Source of the DNA: a phage
Length of the DNA stretch: 64,000 bases
NCBI GenBank assembly: GCA_022897995.1
Contig: GCA_022897995.1_4763.1
Direction: 5' to 3' (one strand)
The translations under genes and the position numbers were made by a program. Positions 11,256-19,160 of this stretch are shown in pieces. How positions within the stretch are numbered: position 1 is the stretch's first letter; the number at the start of each line of letters is the position of its first letter. A model generated the notes under the pieces. That model had not been told where the DNA came from. It ran no database searches and saw only the letters and a list, made by a program, of their open reading frames with translations.

Positions 11256-11846
11256 ATGTCTAATCTCTTTAACTATGCTAACCCTAGCAACTGGCAGATC
11301 AATATTCCAGATGGTCAACTAACAAAAGGCTTTACTTTAAATGCTCAAGGTGTTACACTTCCTGCTATAACCATTCCACCGACTAAGCAAGTTGCTGGTC
11401 AATATGGTTTGGCGGTCGCTGATTATCCGTCTAGTCATGTAGAGTTTGACCCGTTGGTAGTCCGGTTTATTGTCGATGAGCATTTGGAAAGCTATCTAAA
11501 CCTTTACACATGGATGCTTTCTATAGTAGACTACAATAACGGTAACTCCACTGCGTGGAAGGATTCAATGCCGGAAGCCGTTCAAGTTCACATGATGGAC
11601 AATGAACGCCGTAACATTGTATGCACCTTTAACTTTTATGGTTGTTGGTGTTCACAATTGGGGGAACTTGAGTTAACATACACCGATGATATGCATGAAT
11701 CTCTGGTATGTACTGCAATTCTTCCATTTAAAACAATGAGCATTGAACGTGATGGTCAACTGATCGTTCCTCGCCCTGCAATTCAGGCGGCGGAACGTCA
11801 GCGAGTGGAAGGTATTAAAGCTATGCACCCTGCTTTTAGAAAGTAA
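11256..11846 (+). CDS. 3: tail completion/sheath stabilizer gp3 (by position)
   Basis: 196-aa ORF between genes 2 and 1; upstream TAATAAATA is late-promoter-like. Confidence 0.55.
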   Translation: MSNLFNYANPSNWQINIPDGQLTKGFTLNAQGVTLPAITIPPTKQVAGQYGLAVADYPSSHVEFDPLVVRFIVDEHLESYLNLYTWMLSIVDYNNGNSTAWKDSMPEAVQVHMMDNERRNIVCTFNFYGCWCSQLGELELTYTDDMHESLVCTAILPFKTMSIERDGQLIVPRPAIQAAERQRVEGIKAMHPAFRK

Positions 11847-11861
11847 TAAGAGGCTTATATA

Positions 11862-12518
11862 ATGAAATTGATTGCACTTTGTGGTAAAAAGCGAGTAGGA
11901 AAAGACACTGCCGCGTTAATCATTGATGGACATAGTTATCAACTGGCAGCGCCTATCAAAGAAATCTTATGCGAATGTCAACCGGAATTAGGACTGACTT
12001 ATCTTGACTTTGACGGGTTAGGGCGTGACAGAGAAGCCGATCTAGGTATTGATACCTATACCGCGCATAAGTGGTTTATTCAGTGTCTGCTTATGTTAGA
12101 TTCGAAGTATGGCGGTAGTTCCTTTACTTGTGATCGTCTGGCTGAGATTTACAAGGTCGTTAATGAGATCGGCGAAAAACATAATAACGTCTGGTCTATT
12201 CGTCTCATGTTAACCACTCTCGGTACTGATATAATGGTTAACTTGATCAATCCGCTTTATTGGTGTAATCTCTTCGTGAATGAGTTTATGAAGCGCAAAA
12301 ATGAAGAAGGGTATTTTGTAGTGGTTGATGTGCGTCAGCCTATTGAAATTGCTCTCATGCGTTCTATGGGTGCTAAGGTGTTGCATATTCAGCGTGATAC
12401 TGGTATTGTATCGACTCACTCCACCGAAAAAGGAATTGTGCCTATTGACGGTGAAACAATTATCATAAATAATGGTACATTAGAAGAATTTGAAAGCGCG
12501 ATTCTCGCGAACATTTAA
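11862..12518 (+). CDS. 1: deoxynucleoside monophosphate kinase gp1
   Basis: N-terminal P-loop MKLIALCGKKRVGKDT resembles T4 gp1; position upstream of 57A. Confidence 0.85.
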   Translation: MKLIALCGKKRVGKDTAALIIDGHSYQLAAPIKEILCECQPELGLTYLDFDGLGRDREADLGIDTYTAHKWFIQCLLMLDSKYGGSSFTCDRLAEIYKVVNEIGEKHNNVWSIRLMLTTLGTDIMVNLINPLYWCNLFVNEFMKRKNEEGYFVVVDVRQPIEIALMRSMGAKVLHIQRDTGIVSTHSTEKGIVPIDGETIIINNGTLEEFESAILANI

Positions 12519-12550
12519 TAAAAAGTTATCAACAAGTAGGAGATGTGAAT

Positions 12551-12811
12551 ATGTCCAATCAGCATGAACAAATGATTAATGTCCTGAAAGTACGTCTGTT
12601 TGACACTCAAGAAAAGGCCGCATTCTTAGAAGGCCAACTGAAAGATCGTGAGCGTGTATTAATGGAACTGGTACGCATTCTTGGTATTCAGCCAGACGAA
12701 AACGGCACTGTTTCCCTTGATGCTATTGTCGAAGAAGTAAAAGCACTTCTCCCTAAAGACGAAGCAGCGGAAGACGCTAAAGAGGAAGTAGAACTGATCA
12801 CGGAGGCTTGA
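12551..12811 (+). CDS. 57A: tail fiber assembly chaperone gp57A
   Basis: Small coiled-coil protein (KVRLFDTQEKAAFLEGQL) at the T4 57A position. Confidence 0.7.
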   Translation: MSNQHEQMINVLKVRLFDTQEKAAFLEGQLKDRERVLMELVRILGIQPDENGTVSLDAIVEEVKALLPKDEAAEDAKEEVELITEA

Positions 12812-13278
12812 TTATGACCCCGTTTCGAGAATCCGTTAAAGGTACATATGCGGCGGTTAAATTCACTGAGGATACACTAGACCGCATTGAAAAATTGCAG
12901 GAGTTCTACGATCTGCCTAATGCCGTTCCTCGTGATAAACTGCATAGCACTATCTTATATTCTCGTGTTTATGTTCCGTTTATCCCAGAAGAAGGGGAGA
13001 AGTTCTTAGGCTCTCTATGCCATCTGAAAGTGTTTGAAACTCAATCCGGTACTAATGCGCTTGTGTTGGCATTTGAAAGCGACTACATGCAATTCAGACA
13101 CGATATCGGCACTGCTTTAGGTGCGACGTGGGATTATCCTGAATATGTACCGCATATCACGCTTTCTTATGATGTTGGTGCGCGTAAATTTGGCACTGAC
13201 CTAGAGTTCGATTTAGAGATTGTCCGATCTCATGAGTATGTCGAAGATCTAGACCTGGAGTGGACGACCAAACTGTAA
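12808..13278 (+). CDS. 57B: gp57B, 2H phosphoesterase (Acb1-like anti-CBASS nuclease candidate)
   Basis: 156 aa with two H-x-T/S motifs (KLHSTIL and VPHITLS) typical of the 2H phosphoesterase fold; T4 57B position. Confidence 0.7.
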   Translation: MIMTPFRESVKGTYAAVKFTEDTLDRIEKLQEFYDLPNAVPRDKLHSTILYSRVYVPFIPEEGEKFLGSLCHLKVFETQSGTNALVLAFESDYMQFRHDIGTALGATWDYPEYVPHITLSYDVGARKFGTDLEFDLEIVRSHEYVEDLDLEWTTKL

Positions 13279-13285
13279 TTTTATA

Positions 13286-13314
13286 CCCCGAAATTTTTTC
13301 GGGGTTTTTTGTTT
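13286..13314 (+). terminator. rho-independent terminator after 57B
   Basis: ccccgaaattttttcgggg hairpin plus T-run. Confidence 0.6.
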
Positions 13315-13321
13315 TTATGTG

Positions 13322-13350
13322 TTGACAACCATAAACGACTATAGCATAAT
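13322..13350 (+). promoter_or_regulatory. early sigma70-type promoter
   Basis: TTGACA, 17 bp spacer, CATAAT; followed by the conserved leader CATCGAAACGAAACAC and AGGAGAATCAAAATG. Confidence 0.6.
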
Positions 13351-13387
13351 GCACACATCGAAACGAAACACACTTAGGAGAATCAAA

Positions 13388-13765
13388 ATGATGATGATGT
13401 TTAAAGATAAATTCGAATGTCACTACACCCGTAACTTTGACTTAGTATCCCGCTACTACATTCATAAAGAAACTGGCACGCAAGTAGTTCTTGAATCTCA
13501 CAGCGAAGTAGGATTCGATTCAACAAAAGTAGCAATTAGTGCTCGCTTCTGGGATAACGGCAAATTTGCTTATGTTGCTTGGAACGACGACGAAAATGTA
13601 ATTACAGTAGCTTTCGGTGATGACTACTACACTAAAAAGACTTTCGATAGCAAGCCATCAAATGAATACCTGAAAGCGTATGTTCAGCACATGTTCCAAC
13701 GTGTTCTGACCGGAATGGAAATCAATGTCATGAAAGACATTGTAGACGAAGTAAAATATTCTTAA
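13388..13765 (+). CDS. hypothetical early protein
   Basis: ATG after the conserved Shine-Dalgarno; 125 aa. Confidence 0.6.
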   Translation: MMMMFKDKFECHYTRNFDLVSRYYIHKETGTQVVLESHSEVGFDSTKVAISARFWDNGKFAYVAWNDDENVITVAFGDDYYTKKTFDSKPSNEYLKAYVQHMFQRVLTGMEINVMKDIVDEVKYS

Positions 13766-13772
13766 AAAATAG

Positions 13773-13807
13773 TTGACAACATGAAACGGGGGTAGTAAGA
13801 TACCCCC
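13773..13807 (+). promoter_or_regulatory. early promoter with stem-loop (PeSL-type)
   Basis: TTGACA, 17 bp spacer, TAAGAT; inverted repeat gggggtagtaagataccccc encloses the -10. Confidence 0.6.
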
Positions 13808-13832
13808 ACAAACAGACGAAAGGAGAATCAAG

Positions 13833-13991
13833 ATGAAATTTATCGGTAAAACTTTTATGTTCGTAGCTGGTACTCTGTTTACTGCAACTCTGTTAGCTGG
13901 TGGCTTAGATATCTTTACTGCCTTTGAAACTTTCGGGTATACTGTAGCATCGGGTGCTCTCTTCGGATTGGGTTTAGCGATTAGCAAATAA
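13833..13991 (+). CDS. small hydrophobic membrane protein (52 aa)
   Basis: ATG after AGGAGAATCAAG; MKFIGKTFMFVAGTLFTATLLAGG...; below the ORF-track size cutoff. Confidence 0.5.
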   Translation: MKFIGKTFMFVAGTLFTATLLAGGLDIFTAFETFGYTVASGALFGLGLAISK

Positions 13992-14000
13992 GGTGATAAT

Positions 14001-14204
14001 ATGGAATTGGATATGGTTAAAGCAAAATTTATGGGTAAGGATAAGAAAGGTAAAACATTTGTTATTAATAGAACATTGTTTCGATCTGACCTTAAGTGGG
14101 TAACACAACAATTTGCGGAAGTCAACGAGGCGGTAGTGACCTGCTTTGTTGGTGATAAGAAAGTTTTTGAAATTGACCGTCGTGGGGTGTCTAATGATCG
14201 CTAA
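14001..14204 (+). CDS. hypothetical protein
   Basis: 67-aa ORF in the plus-strand early gene series. Confidence 0.45.
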   Translation: MELDMVKAKFMGKDKKGKTFVINRTLFRSDLKWVTQQFAEVNEAVVTCFVGDKKVFEIDRRGVSNDR

Positions 14205-14391
14205 ACTGTTTAGCAATACTTTGTTTCTGATTGCATTTGTTTTCTTTCTGTGTCTGATCATCGGTGTGATTGCAGTCGGTAGTTATTCCGGTATTACAAT
14301 AGATGATTTTTGTATGTTGGTTTTCTTTTCAAGTGTTCCTACACTCCTGATCGCTGTATGTGGTGCTTTTAGATGGATCTGTGATCTATGA
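14194..14391 (+). CDS. small membrane protein
   Basis: Hydrophobic ORF MIAKLFSNTLFLIAFVFFLCLIIGVIAV...; ATGA overlap with the next ORF. Confidence 0.45.
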   Translation: MIAKLFSNTLFLIAFVFFLCLIIGVIAVGSYSGITIDDFCMLVFFSSVPTLLIAVCGAFRWICDL

Positions 14392-14498
14392 CTGAACAGG
14401 AACGAATGATGTTGATAGGTGGACCGGAGTTCACTAAATTTGATGCAATTCTTATTGCGTTGGGGTTTCTTATGATCTGTTGTATGGTGGCGCTATGA
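14388..14498 (+). CDS. small membrane protein (36 aa)
   Basis: MTEQERMMLIGGPEFTKFDAILIALGFLMICCMVAL; translationally coupled. Confidence 0.35.
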   Translation: MTEQERMMLIGGPEFTKFDAILIALGFLMICCMVAL

Positions 14499-14719
14499 GT
14501 AGCATAAAATATTTTGCTTTCTTGTGTTTTATGATGTTCTTTACATTCCTTGCATGTGTTTTCTTTACATGGCTTGCTCATGTTGATAATGCAACCGGAC
14601 CGTTTTACTTCTTCTGTGTATTGTCTGTGTTGACTGGTGCTCTTGTTACGTGGATGATTCGAGATTGTTACGGAATGTATAAGTTTGAAAAGACTCGACC
14701 GAAATGGGGCAAACGATGA
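14495..14719 (+). CDS. small membrane protein
   Basis: Hydrophobic ORF; coupled start. Confidence 0.45.
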   Translation: MSSIKYFAFLCFMMFFTFLACVFFTWLAHVDNATGPFYFFCVLSVLTGALVTWMIRDCYGMYKFEKTRPKWGKR

Positions 14720-14898
14720 AATTATTTGCGTGGCTAATTATTTTAAATGTAATTATTAAGACTGTTCTCGCTGGTTTACTGATGATACATAGCACGGAAC
14801 CAGAAGAAGCATTAACGTATTGTGTTGCTTATGTGTTGGGATTCTTGCTTACTGCGTGGATGTGTGATGAATATCGAAGAATTGAGGTAAAACCATGA
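14716..14898 (+). CDS. small membrane protein
   Basis: Hydrophobic ORF MKLFAWLIILNVIIKTVLAGLLMI. Confidence 0.45.
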   Translation: MKLFAWLIILNVIIKTVLAGLLMIHSTEPEEALTYCVAYVLGFLLTAWMCDEYRRIEVKP

Positions 14899-15113
14899 AA
14901 ATGACCTTTTATATCTTAGCAAGTATCATGCTTGTGATCTCTTCTGCCTTATTTGCATTTCTTACCGTTTGGGGGATCTGCACTGACGCGAAACCGTGGG
15001 ATATAGTAGAAAATACGGTTATGTTTATTATCAGTGTCATGTGTCTTTTTGATGCATTTAACTCTATCAAGGAAGAAGATCAAAAACGTCGCGAGAGAAA
15101 GCGATATAAATAA
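14895..15113 (+). CDS. small membrane protein
   Basis: Hydrophobic N-terminus, basic C-terminus. Confidence 0.45.
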   Translation: MKMTFYILASIMLVISSALFAFLTVWGICTDAKPWDIVENTVMFIISVMCLFDAFNSIKEEDQKRRERKRYK

Positions 15114-15124
15114 TAGTGAACTAA

Positions 15125-15262
15125 AGACAGCGCGGTTAGAATGATTTGGACGTCACCTAGCCGCATTTATTACAGCGTATGGGGTGATCCGGTACGCTAA
15201 AGCATTCACTTGCTAGGCCGCTAGCAGGTTGGAGACAAGGAAGATTCGCTACCTTCCCTATA
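15125..15262 (+). ncRNA. candidate small structured RNA
   Basis: About 140 nt with no ORF, several local inverted repeats (gctaggccgctagc; ggaag...cttcc), ending at a terminator; no tRNA cloverleaf seen. Confidence 0.2.
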
Positions 15263-15292
15263 AGCCACTCTTCGGAGTGGCTTTTTTATTGC
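15263..15292 (+). terminator. rho-independent terminator
   Basis: gccactcttcggagtggc hairpin plus TTTTTTATT. Confidence 0.65.
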
Positions 15293-15313
15293 CTAAATTT
15301 TTTAAAAAAGTTG

Positions 15314-15342
15314 TTGACACCAGATCACGCCTATAGCATAAT
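15314..15342 (+). promoter_or_regulatory. early sigma70-type promoter
   Basis: TTGACA, 17 bp spacer, CATAAT; conserved leader CCATCGAAACGAAACAC. Confidence 0.6.
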
Positions 15343-15388
15343 ACACCCATCGAAACGAAACACACTTTCTAACTAGGAGAATCAAATT

Positions 15389-15574
15389 ATGGCACGTCGC
15401 ATCACTAAAGCACTGAAAGCAGTAAGCAAAGAAAACGTAGTAGCTATTCTGGTCATCTGGGGTTATAACGAAGAATCCGCTAAACAGAAAGTTGAAGCAG
15501 GGTTTGAACTGGCAGTAAAAGCAATGCCGAATGATGACTCTGTAGGACTGGCAAACTATATTGCATATTTCTGA
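15389..15574 (+). CDS. hypothetical early protein
   Basis: 61-aa ORF after AGGAGAATCAAATT. Confidence 0.5.
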   Translation: MARRITKALKAVSKENVVAILVIWGYNEESAKQKVEAGFELAVKAMPNDDSVGLANYIAYF

Positions 15575-15582
15575 TAAAAGTG

Positions 15583-15611
15583 TTGACAGGGGAGGATAAC
15601 TCCCCTACAAT
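15583..15611 (+). promoter_or_regulatory. early promoter with stem-loop (PeSL-type)
   Basis: TTGACA, spacer inverted repeat ggggaggataactcccc, TACAAT. Confidence 0.6.
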
Positions 15612-15640
15612 ATAACCATCAACGAAACGGGAGGACCAAA

Positions 15641-15862
15641 ATGATTAACTTTAAAGACGCAGCAAAAGAAATTATCGACTTTGAGCGTGAACTGTTTGAG
15701 ATGGAACCAAATATGAGTAAACTGGAATTGGCTAACCAGATCTGGTGCTCTAAGATGAATCCATCCGACCGCTTAGAAGTTATGAACATCGTCGGAGAAG
15801 TGAAAGGTAGTGCATTAATGAAACTCCGCGCTTGTCACGCTTACATCGCTGATCAACTATAA
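15641..15862 (+). CDS. hypothetical early protein
   Basis: 73-aa ORF after GGGAGGACCAAA. Confidence 0.5.
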   Translation: MINFKDAAKEIIDFERELFEMEPNMSKLELANQIWCSKMNPSDRLEVMNIVGEVKGSALMKLRACHAYIADQL

Positions 15863-15871
15863 GGGGGTAAT

Positions 15872-16066
15872 ATGGGGGATAAACCATTAGTACAACTAAG
15901 AGTACGCTATAACCAGATTTTAGCATTACTTAAAGCTGAGGGTGTAGATCCATCGGACCGCGAGGCTGTAAAAGCGTGTCTATCTGATACGGTACAACCA
16001 AAACAGAACTATGCTTGCTATATGTACTTTTACAATAGGTTTAATAGACCGTTTGAGTTTGAATAA
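15872..16066 (+). CDS. hypothetical protein
   Basis: 64-aa ORF with Shine-Dalgarno GGGGG upstream. Confidence 0.4.
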   Translation: MGDKPLVQLRVRYNQILALLKAEGVDPSDREAVKACLSDTVQPKQNYACYMYFYNRFNRPFEFE

Positions 16067-16088
16067 CGTTAAATGCTGAGGTGAGAAC

Positions 16089-16289
16089 ATGGATATTAAA
16101 GAGCAACTTGTATTAGTTCGAGAGTCTGCGAAAGAGCATGGCATGAGCGAAGAATTTGTTGAATGGTTTATCGATAACAAATTTAATCCAAGCCCAAATT
16201 CGACTTTTAACTATTTGGCTATGTCGATCATGTGGGAAGGTTGGAAAGGCGCGGTAGAAACTGTCCTAGAAATTATGAAAAAAGATTAA
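16089..16289 (+). CDS. hypothetical protein
   Basis: 66-aa ORF with Shine-Dalgarno GAGGTGAG upstream. Confidence 0.4.
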   Translation: MDIKEQLVLVRESAKEHGMSEEFVEWFIDNKFNPSPNSTFNYLAMSIMWEGWKGAVETVLEIMKKD

Positions 16290-16297
16290 AAAAGTTG

Positions 16298-16326
16298 TTG
16301 ACACACGAGAGGGTGTATAGCATAAT
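16298..16326 (+). promoter_or_regulatory. early sigma70-type promoter
   Basis: TTGACA, 17 bp spacer, CATAAT; leader CCATCGAAACGAG. Confidence 0.6.
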
Positions 16327-16360
16327 GCACCCATCGAAACGAGAAGATATGGGAGTCAAA

Positions 16361-16504
16361 ATGCCAATTTTTAAATTACAAGCAATGGGTTGTATTGTTG
16401 GTTTGTTCAAAACAAGAGAGAAGCTAAACAATGCCATTGATAAAATCCTTAAAGATAACCCAGATGCAAAGTCTTCTATACAGGTTTGGATTGTCTGGGA
16501 TTGA
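16361..16504 (+). CDS. small hypothetical protein (47 aa)
   Basis: ATG after GGGAGTCAAA; the track ORF 16232-16504 is an upstream extension through the promoter. Confidence 0.4.
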   Translation: MPIFKLQAMGCIVGLFKTREKLNNAIDKILKDNPDAKSSIQVWIVWD

Positions 16505-16606
16505 TACATTAAACTAGAAAATAGCACTTTTTGTTAAAACTTAATGAGGTGGCTAGAGTATAGTTACCTCATCGAAACGAAACACGAACTACTAAGGAGT
16601 ATCAAA

Positions 16607-16933
16607 ATGAAACCAGTATCTGTTAAAGTTATCTTCTCTGAATCTTCTGTATTCGCTAACGCAAACGAAGTATTCCACTTCGAAGACTTCGAGCGTAAAG
16701 CACAGGACGCGGCAGCAAAAGCCTATGAAAGCGAATATGACAAAACTCAAATCGAGGTTACTTTCGAAAACGGCACTACTTACGCTTGCCGCCTTGACTT
16801 GGGTGATCGTCTGTCTGGCTTCCGTCACCATGTAGAGAAGACAATCGCTTTCTCTAAAACCGAAAAAGGAAAACACTACTTTTCTGTATTCGGTACTGAA
16901 AATCTGGATTTCTTGAAAACGGTTTCTTTCTAA
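16607..16933 (+). CDS. hypothetical early protein
   Basis: ATG after AAGGAGTATCAAA; leader contains CATCGAAACGAAACAC. Confidence 0.5.
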   Translation: MKPVSVKVIFSESSVFANANEVFHFEDFERKAQDAAAKAYESEYDKTQIEVTFENGTTYACRLDLGDRLSGFRHHVEKTIAFSKTEKGKHYFSVFGTENLDFLKTVSF

Positions 16934-16941
16934 GGTATATT

Positions 16942-17124
16942 ATGAAAAAGATTAATTGGTTAGCGAACATAGGCGCGGTATGCGCCTTTAACATCCTCGG
17001 ATGGATAATGTTACATTTTGATGAGCGAGTTTCAAAATGTGACGGTGTATTGATTCTCGGATCGGCTAGCATATTCATTATGCTGTATGCAATTGCTGTT
17101 GACTTAAGCCGCGAGGATTGTTAA
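16942..17124 (+). CDS. small membrane protein
   Basis: Hydrophobic 60-aa ORF. Confidence 0.4.
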   Translation: MKKINWLANIGAVCAFNILGWIMLHFDERVSKCDGVLILGSASIFIMLYAIAVDLSREDC

Positions 17125-17125
17125 T

Positions 17126-17323
17126 ATGACGCTCAAGAGTATGTTTTTCAACTTCATAGGTGCTTCCATTCTTTCAATGCTATATCTTGTGACTGTATGG
17201 ATGGGCGACTATGAATTAACTAACGATGAAAATCTGACCGTGTTTACTGTCTTGACGATGATCATTTACACTGTCTTTCTTGTCTTGGATTTTATTGTGT
17301 TTCTTTACAAAACGGTGACTTGA
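17126..17323 (+). CDS. small membrane protein
   Basis: Hydrophobic 65-aa ORF. Confidence 0.4.
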   Translation: MTLKSMFFNFIGASILSMLYLVTVWMGDYELTNDENLTVFTVLTMIIYTVFLVLDFIVFLYKTVT

Positions 17324-17520
17324 TGACGATTAGGAAAAATGATATTGGTTTTGTTGCGGGTATCGCTAGCGTCTTTACTGTTGTTATTTTGCTAATGCTT
17401 TTACCCGGTGTATTCTCTGACCAGATTGAATTGTATGTAGCTTTTATCTGTTGCATTTATACTTGGCTTGCAATGTTTGTGATTAGTCTAATTATGCAAT
17501 TCGTCGTTAACAAATTTTAG
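17323..17520 (+). CDS. small membrane protein
   Basis: Hydrophobic ORF; coupled start. Confidence 0.4.
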   Translation: MTIRKNDIGFVAGIASVFTVVILLMLLPGVFSDQIELYVAFICCIYTWLAMFVISLIMQFVVNKF

Positions 17521-17541
17521 ATTTAATGTGAGGATTATATT

Positions 17542-17862
17542 ATGAGCAAACTGTTTGAAACTCCGCGTGAAATTCTGATTGATAAGCTGAAAGAACGTGG
17601 TTTTAAAATTAAAGATGCAACCAAATACAGCCGAATTGATGAAATTAAGTTGCATTCTCTTGATGAACTAGTAGAATATGTTGCGGCAGTGGCTGATCCG
17701 CAGTTTGATGTGATTGTAGGTGACGTTGAATATCTCGATAATGTATATTCATTCTTCACTTATGGTAAAATTGTGTCTGTGAAAATTTCATTCTGTGAAA
17801 ATGTGGAGGTGCTTGCTAGTGAACCAGAAAAACCAACTGACAACGGTCCTACGGCAGCGTAA
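17542..17862 (+). CDS. hypothetical protein
   Basis: 106-aa ORF after GAGGATTATATT. Confidence 0.5.
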   Translation: MSKLFETPREILIDKLKERGFKIKDATKYSRIDEIKLHSLDELVEYVAAVADPQFDVIVGDVEYLDNVYSFFTYGKIVSVKISFCENVEVLASEPEKPTDNGPTAA

Positions 17863-18133
17863 CAAGGAAGACCGTCTGATTTATGCGCTGGCGGTTATCC
17901 TTGAAAAAGAATTACCGGATCTTGAGGTAGTTTTTACTGACAGACCAGTAGGCCAACGTTACGGAGGATATGATAGCCTAGTTTATCCATCCTATAGCCT
18001 TGAAATGTGGGTAGAAGATTTTAAAAACTTGGCTGATGCATCTAAACCGCTTTATTTGTGGGATGTTGAGTATAATTGCGATCCCACTTGGCCTGGTATT
18101 AATGTTTATGCGTCTATGACTTTAAAGGTGTGA
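17795..18133 (+). CDS. hypothetical protein (start uncertain)
   Basis: ORF overlaps the preceding gene by about 68 nt; true start probably internal. Confidence 0.3.
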   Translation: MKMWRCLLVNQKNQLTTVLRQRNKEDRLIYALAVILEKELPDLEVVFTDRPVGQRYGGYDSLVYPSYSLEMWVEDFKNLADASKPLYLWDVEYNCDPTWPGINVYASMTLKV

Positions 18134-18135
18134 TA

Positions 18136-18294
18136 ATGGTTGAACAAATGTTAACTTCACTGGTAATGGCTTTCTGTATGGTTGTTGTTATGATTGCTGT
18201 GATCCCTAAAGAGAGAATGAATCTGCTTGTCGCTGTCTGTGTGGGCGTTGTTTGTGGATGGTTTGGGATCGCGCTAGAACAAGCTCTGCGTTGA
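18136..18294 (+). CDS. small membrane protein (52 aa)
   Basis: MVEQMLTSLVMAFCMVVVMIAVIPKE...; below the track cutoff. Confidence 0.35.
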   Translation: MVEQMLTSLVMAFCMVVVMIAVIPKERMNLLVAVCVGVVCGWFGIALEQALR

Positions 18295-18356
18295 TTAACA
18301 AAGCGGGTAGGGGTAATTTACTACCCGCATTAAATTAGCTCACTGGAGGGCTTTCT

Positions 18357-18545
18357 GTGGCGTTTTATCTATGGTTGCTTATAGTATGCTTTGTAATGGG
18401 GTTATGCTTCTATACTGGCGTATTCTGTTTGATCGACTGGATAAACGGTGGATTCTCTAATATCATTTTGCTAGCCGGATCAATCGCCTCGTTTCTGTTG
18501 ATATGGCTTTTTTCTTATTTGTTTGGTGAATGGGGTTTATTATGA
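18357..18545 (+). CDS. small membrane protein
   Basis: Hydrophobic ORF, first of four tandem small TM proteins upstream of the endolysin. Confidence 0.4.
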   Translation: MAFYLWLLIVCFVMGLCFYTGVFCLIDWINGGFSNIILLAGSIASFLLIWLFSYLFGEWGLL

Positions 18546-18721
18546 ACAAATATATGTTTTGGGCGACCCTTGCCTATGTTGTGATTGCGGTAGTCTGGGG
18601 ATTCTGTGTTATTGTCGCTTCCCTGATCTGGTGGGAATCGCTTGGCGCGGGTTGTCTGATTAGCGGTGCATCCTCTCTTATCATGGGTGTGATTGTTGGT
18701 TTTCTTATTTGGGAGGATTGA
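18542..18721 (+). CDS. small membrane protein
   Basis: Hydrophobic ORF; coupled start. Confidence 0.4.
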   Translation: MNKYMFWATLAYVVIAVVWGFCVIVASLIWWESLGAGCLISGASSLIMGVIVGFLIWED

Positions 18722-18723
18722 CA

Positions 18724-18939
18724 ATGGTTTTCTTCGGTCTTATTATAATGGTGCTTAATGTCATTTGTGGTGTTGCTATGTTAGCTATGGCCTTTACTGT
18801 TCCTATGTCTGTTGACAGCGCCGCATCCGTAGGTGTGTTGGGAATTGTAAACCTGTTTACTGCCATAGCATGTTGGATCACCGGACGCGATGAGGTAATG
18901 TATTACTTTTATAAACGTAAACAGAGAAAAGGAAAATAA
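18724..18939 (+). CDS. small membrane protein
   Basis: Hydrophobic ORF. Confidence 0.4.
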   Translation: MVFFGLIIMVLNVICGVAMLAMAFTVPMSVDSAASVGVLGIVNLFTAIACWITGRDEVMYYFYKRKQRKGK

Positions 18940-18940
18940 T

Positions 18941-19132
18941 ATGAGATTTGCATTTGGTTTTACCGTGATGTTGATTATTGCTCTGAGTATGTGTACCGGA
19001 ATGCTTGTATTTGGTCTTGCAAACGGGTTTAGCATTTATAATAATCAGTGGGTTGATTGGGGAATGGTTGCTGTTAATGCGATCCTGATTGGTGCTAATA
19101 CAAGAACTCTATGCAGGATCACAGGAATCTAA
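18941..19132 (+). CDS. small membrane protein
   Basis: Hydrophobic ORF. Confidence 0.4.
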   Translation: MRFAFGFTVMLIIALSMCTGMLVFGLANGFSIYNNQWVDWGMVAVNAILIGANTRTLCRITGI

Positions 19133-19160
19133 ATATTATCACTCACAAAGGGGGTGAATA

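Noticed and set aside
13658-14261. Minus-strand ORFs of 155 and 95 aa (13658-14125, 13974-14261) overlapping the plus-strand early genes
   Set aside because: They lie antisense to a dense series of plus-strand ORFs with promoters and Shine-Dalgarno sites, and have no promoter or ribosome binding site context of their own; most likely chance ORFs.
15114-15262. tRNA gene in the ORF-free region
   Set aside because: No acceptor/T-arm pattern (no GTTCGAATC-like T-loop, no CCA-adjacent stem) was recognisable by eye; reported only as a candidate small RNA.
16531-16564. Canonical early promoter upstream of 16607
   Set aside because: A TATAGT -10 and the conserved leader are present, but the best TTGTTA -35 is about 22 bp away; it may be a degenerate element or differently regulated, so it was not listed as a confident promoter.
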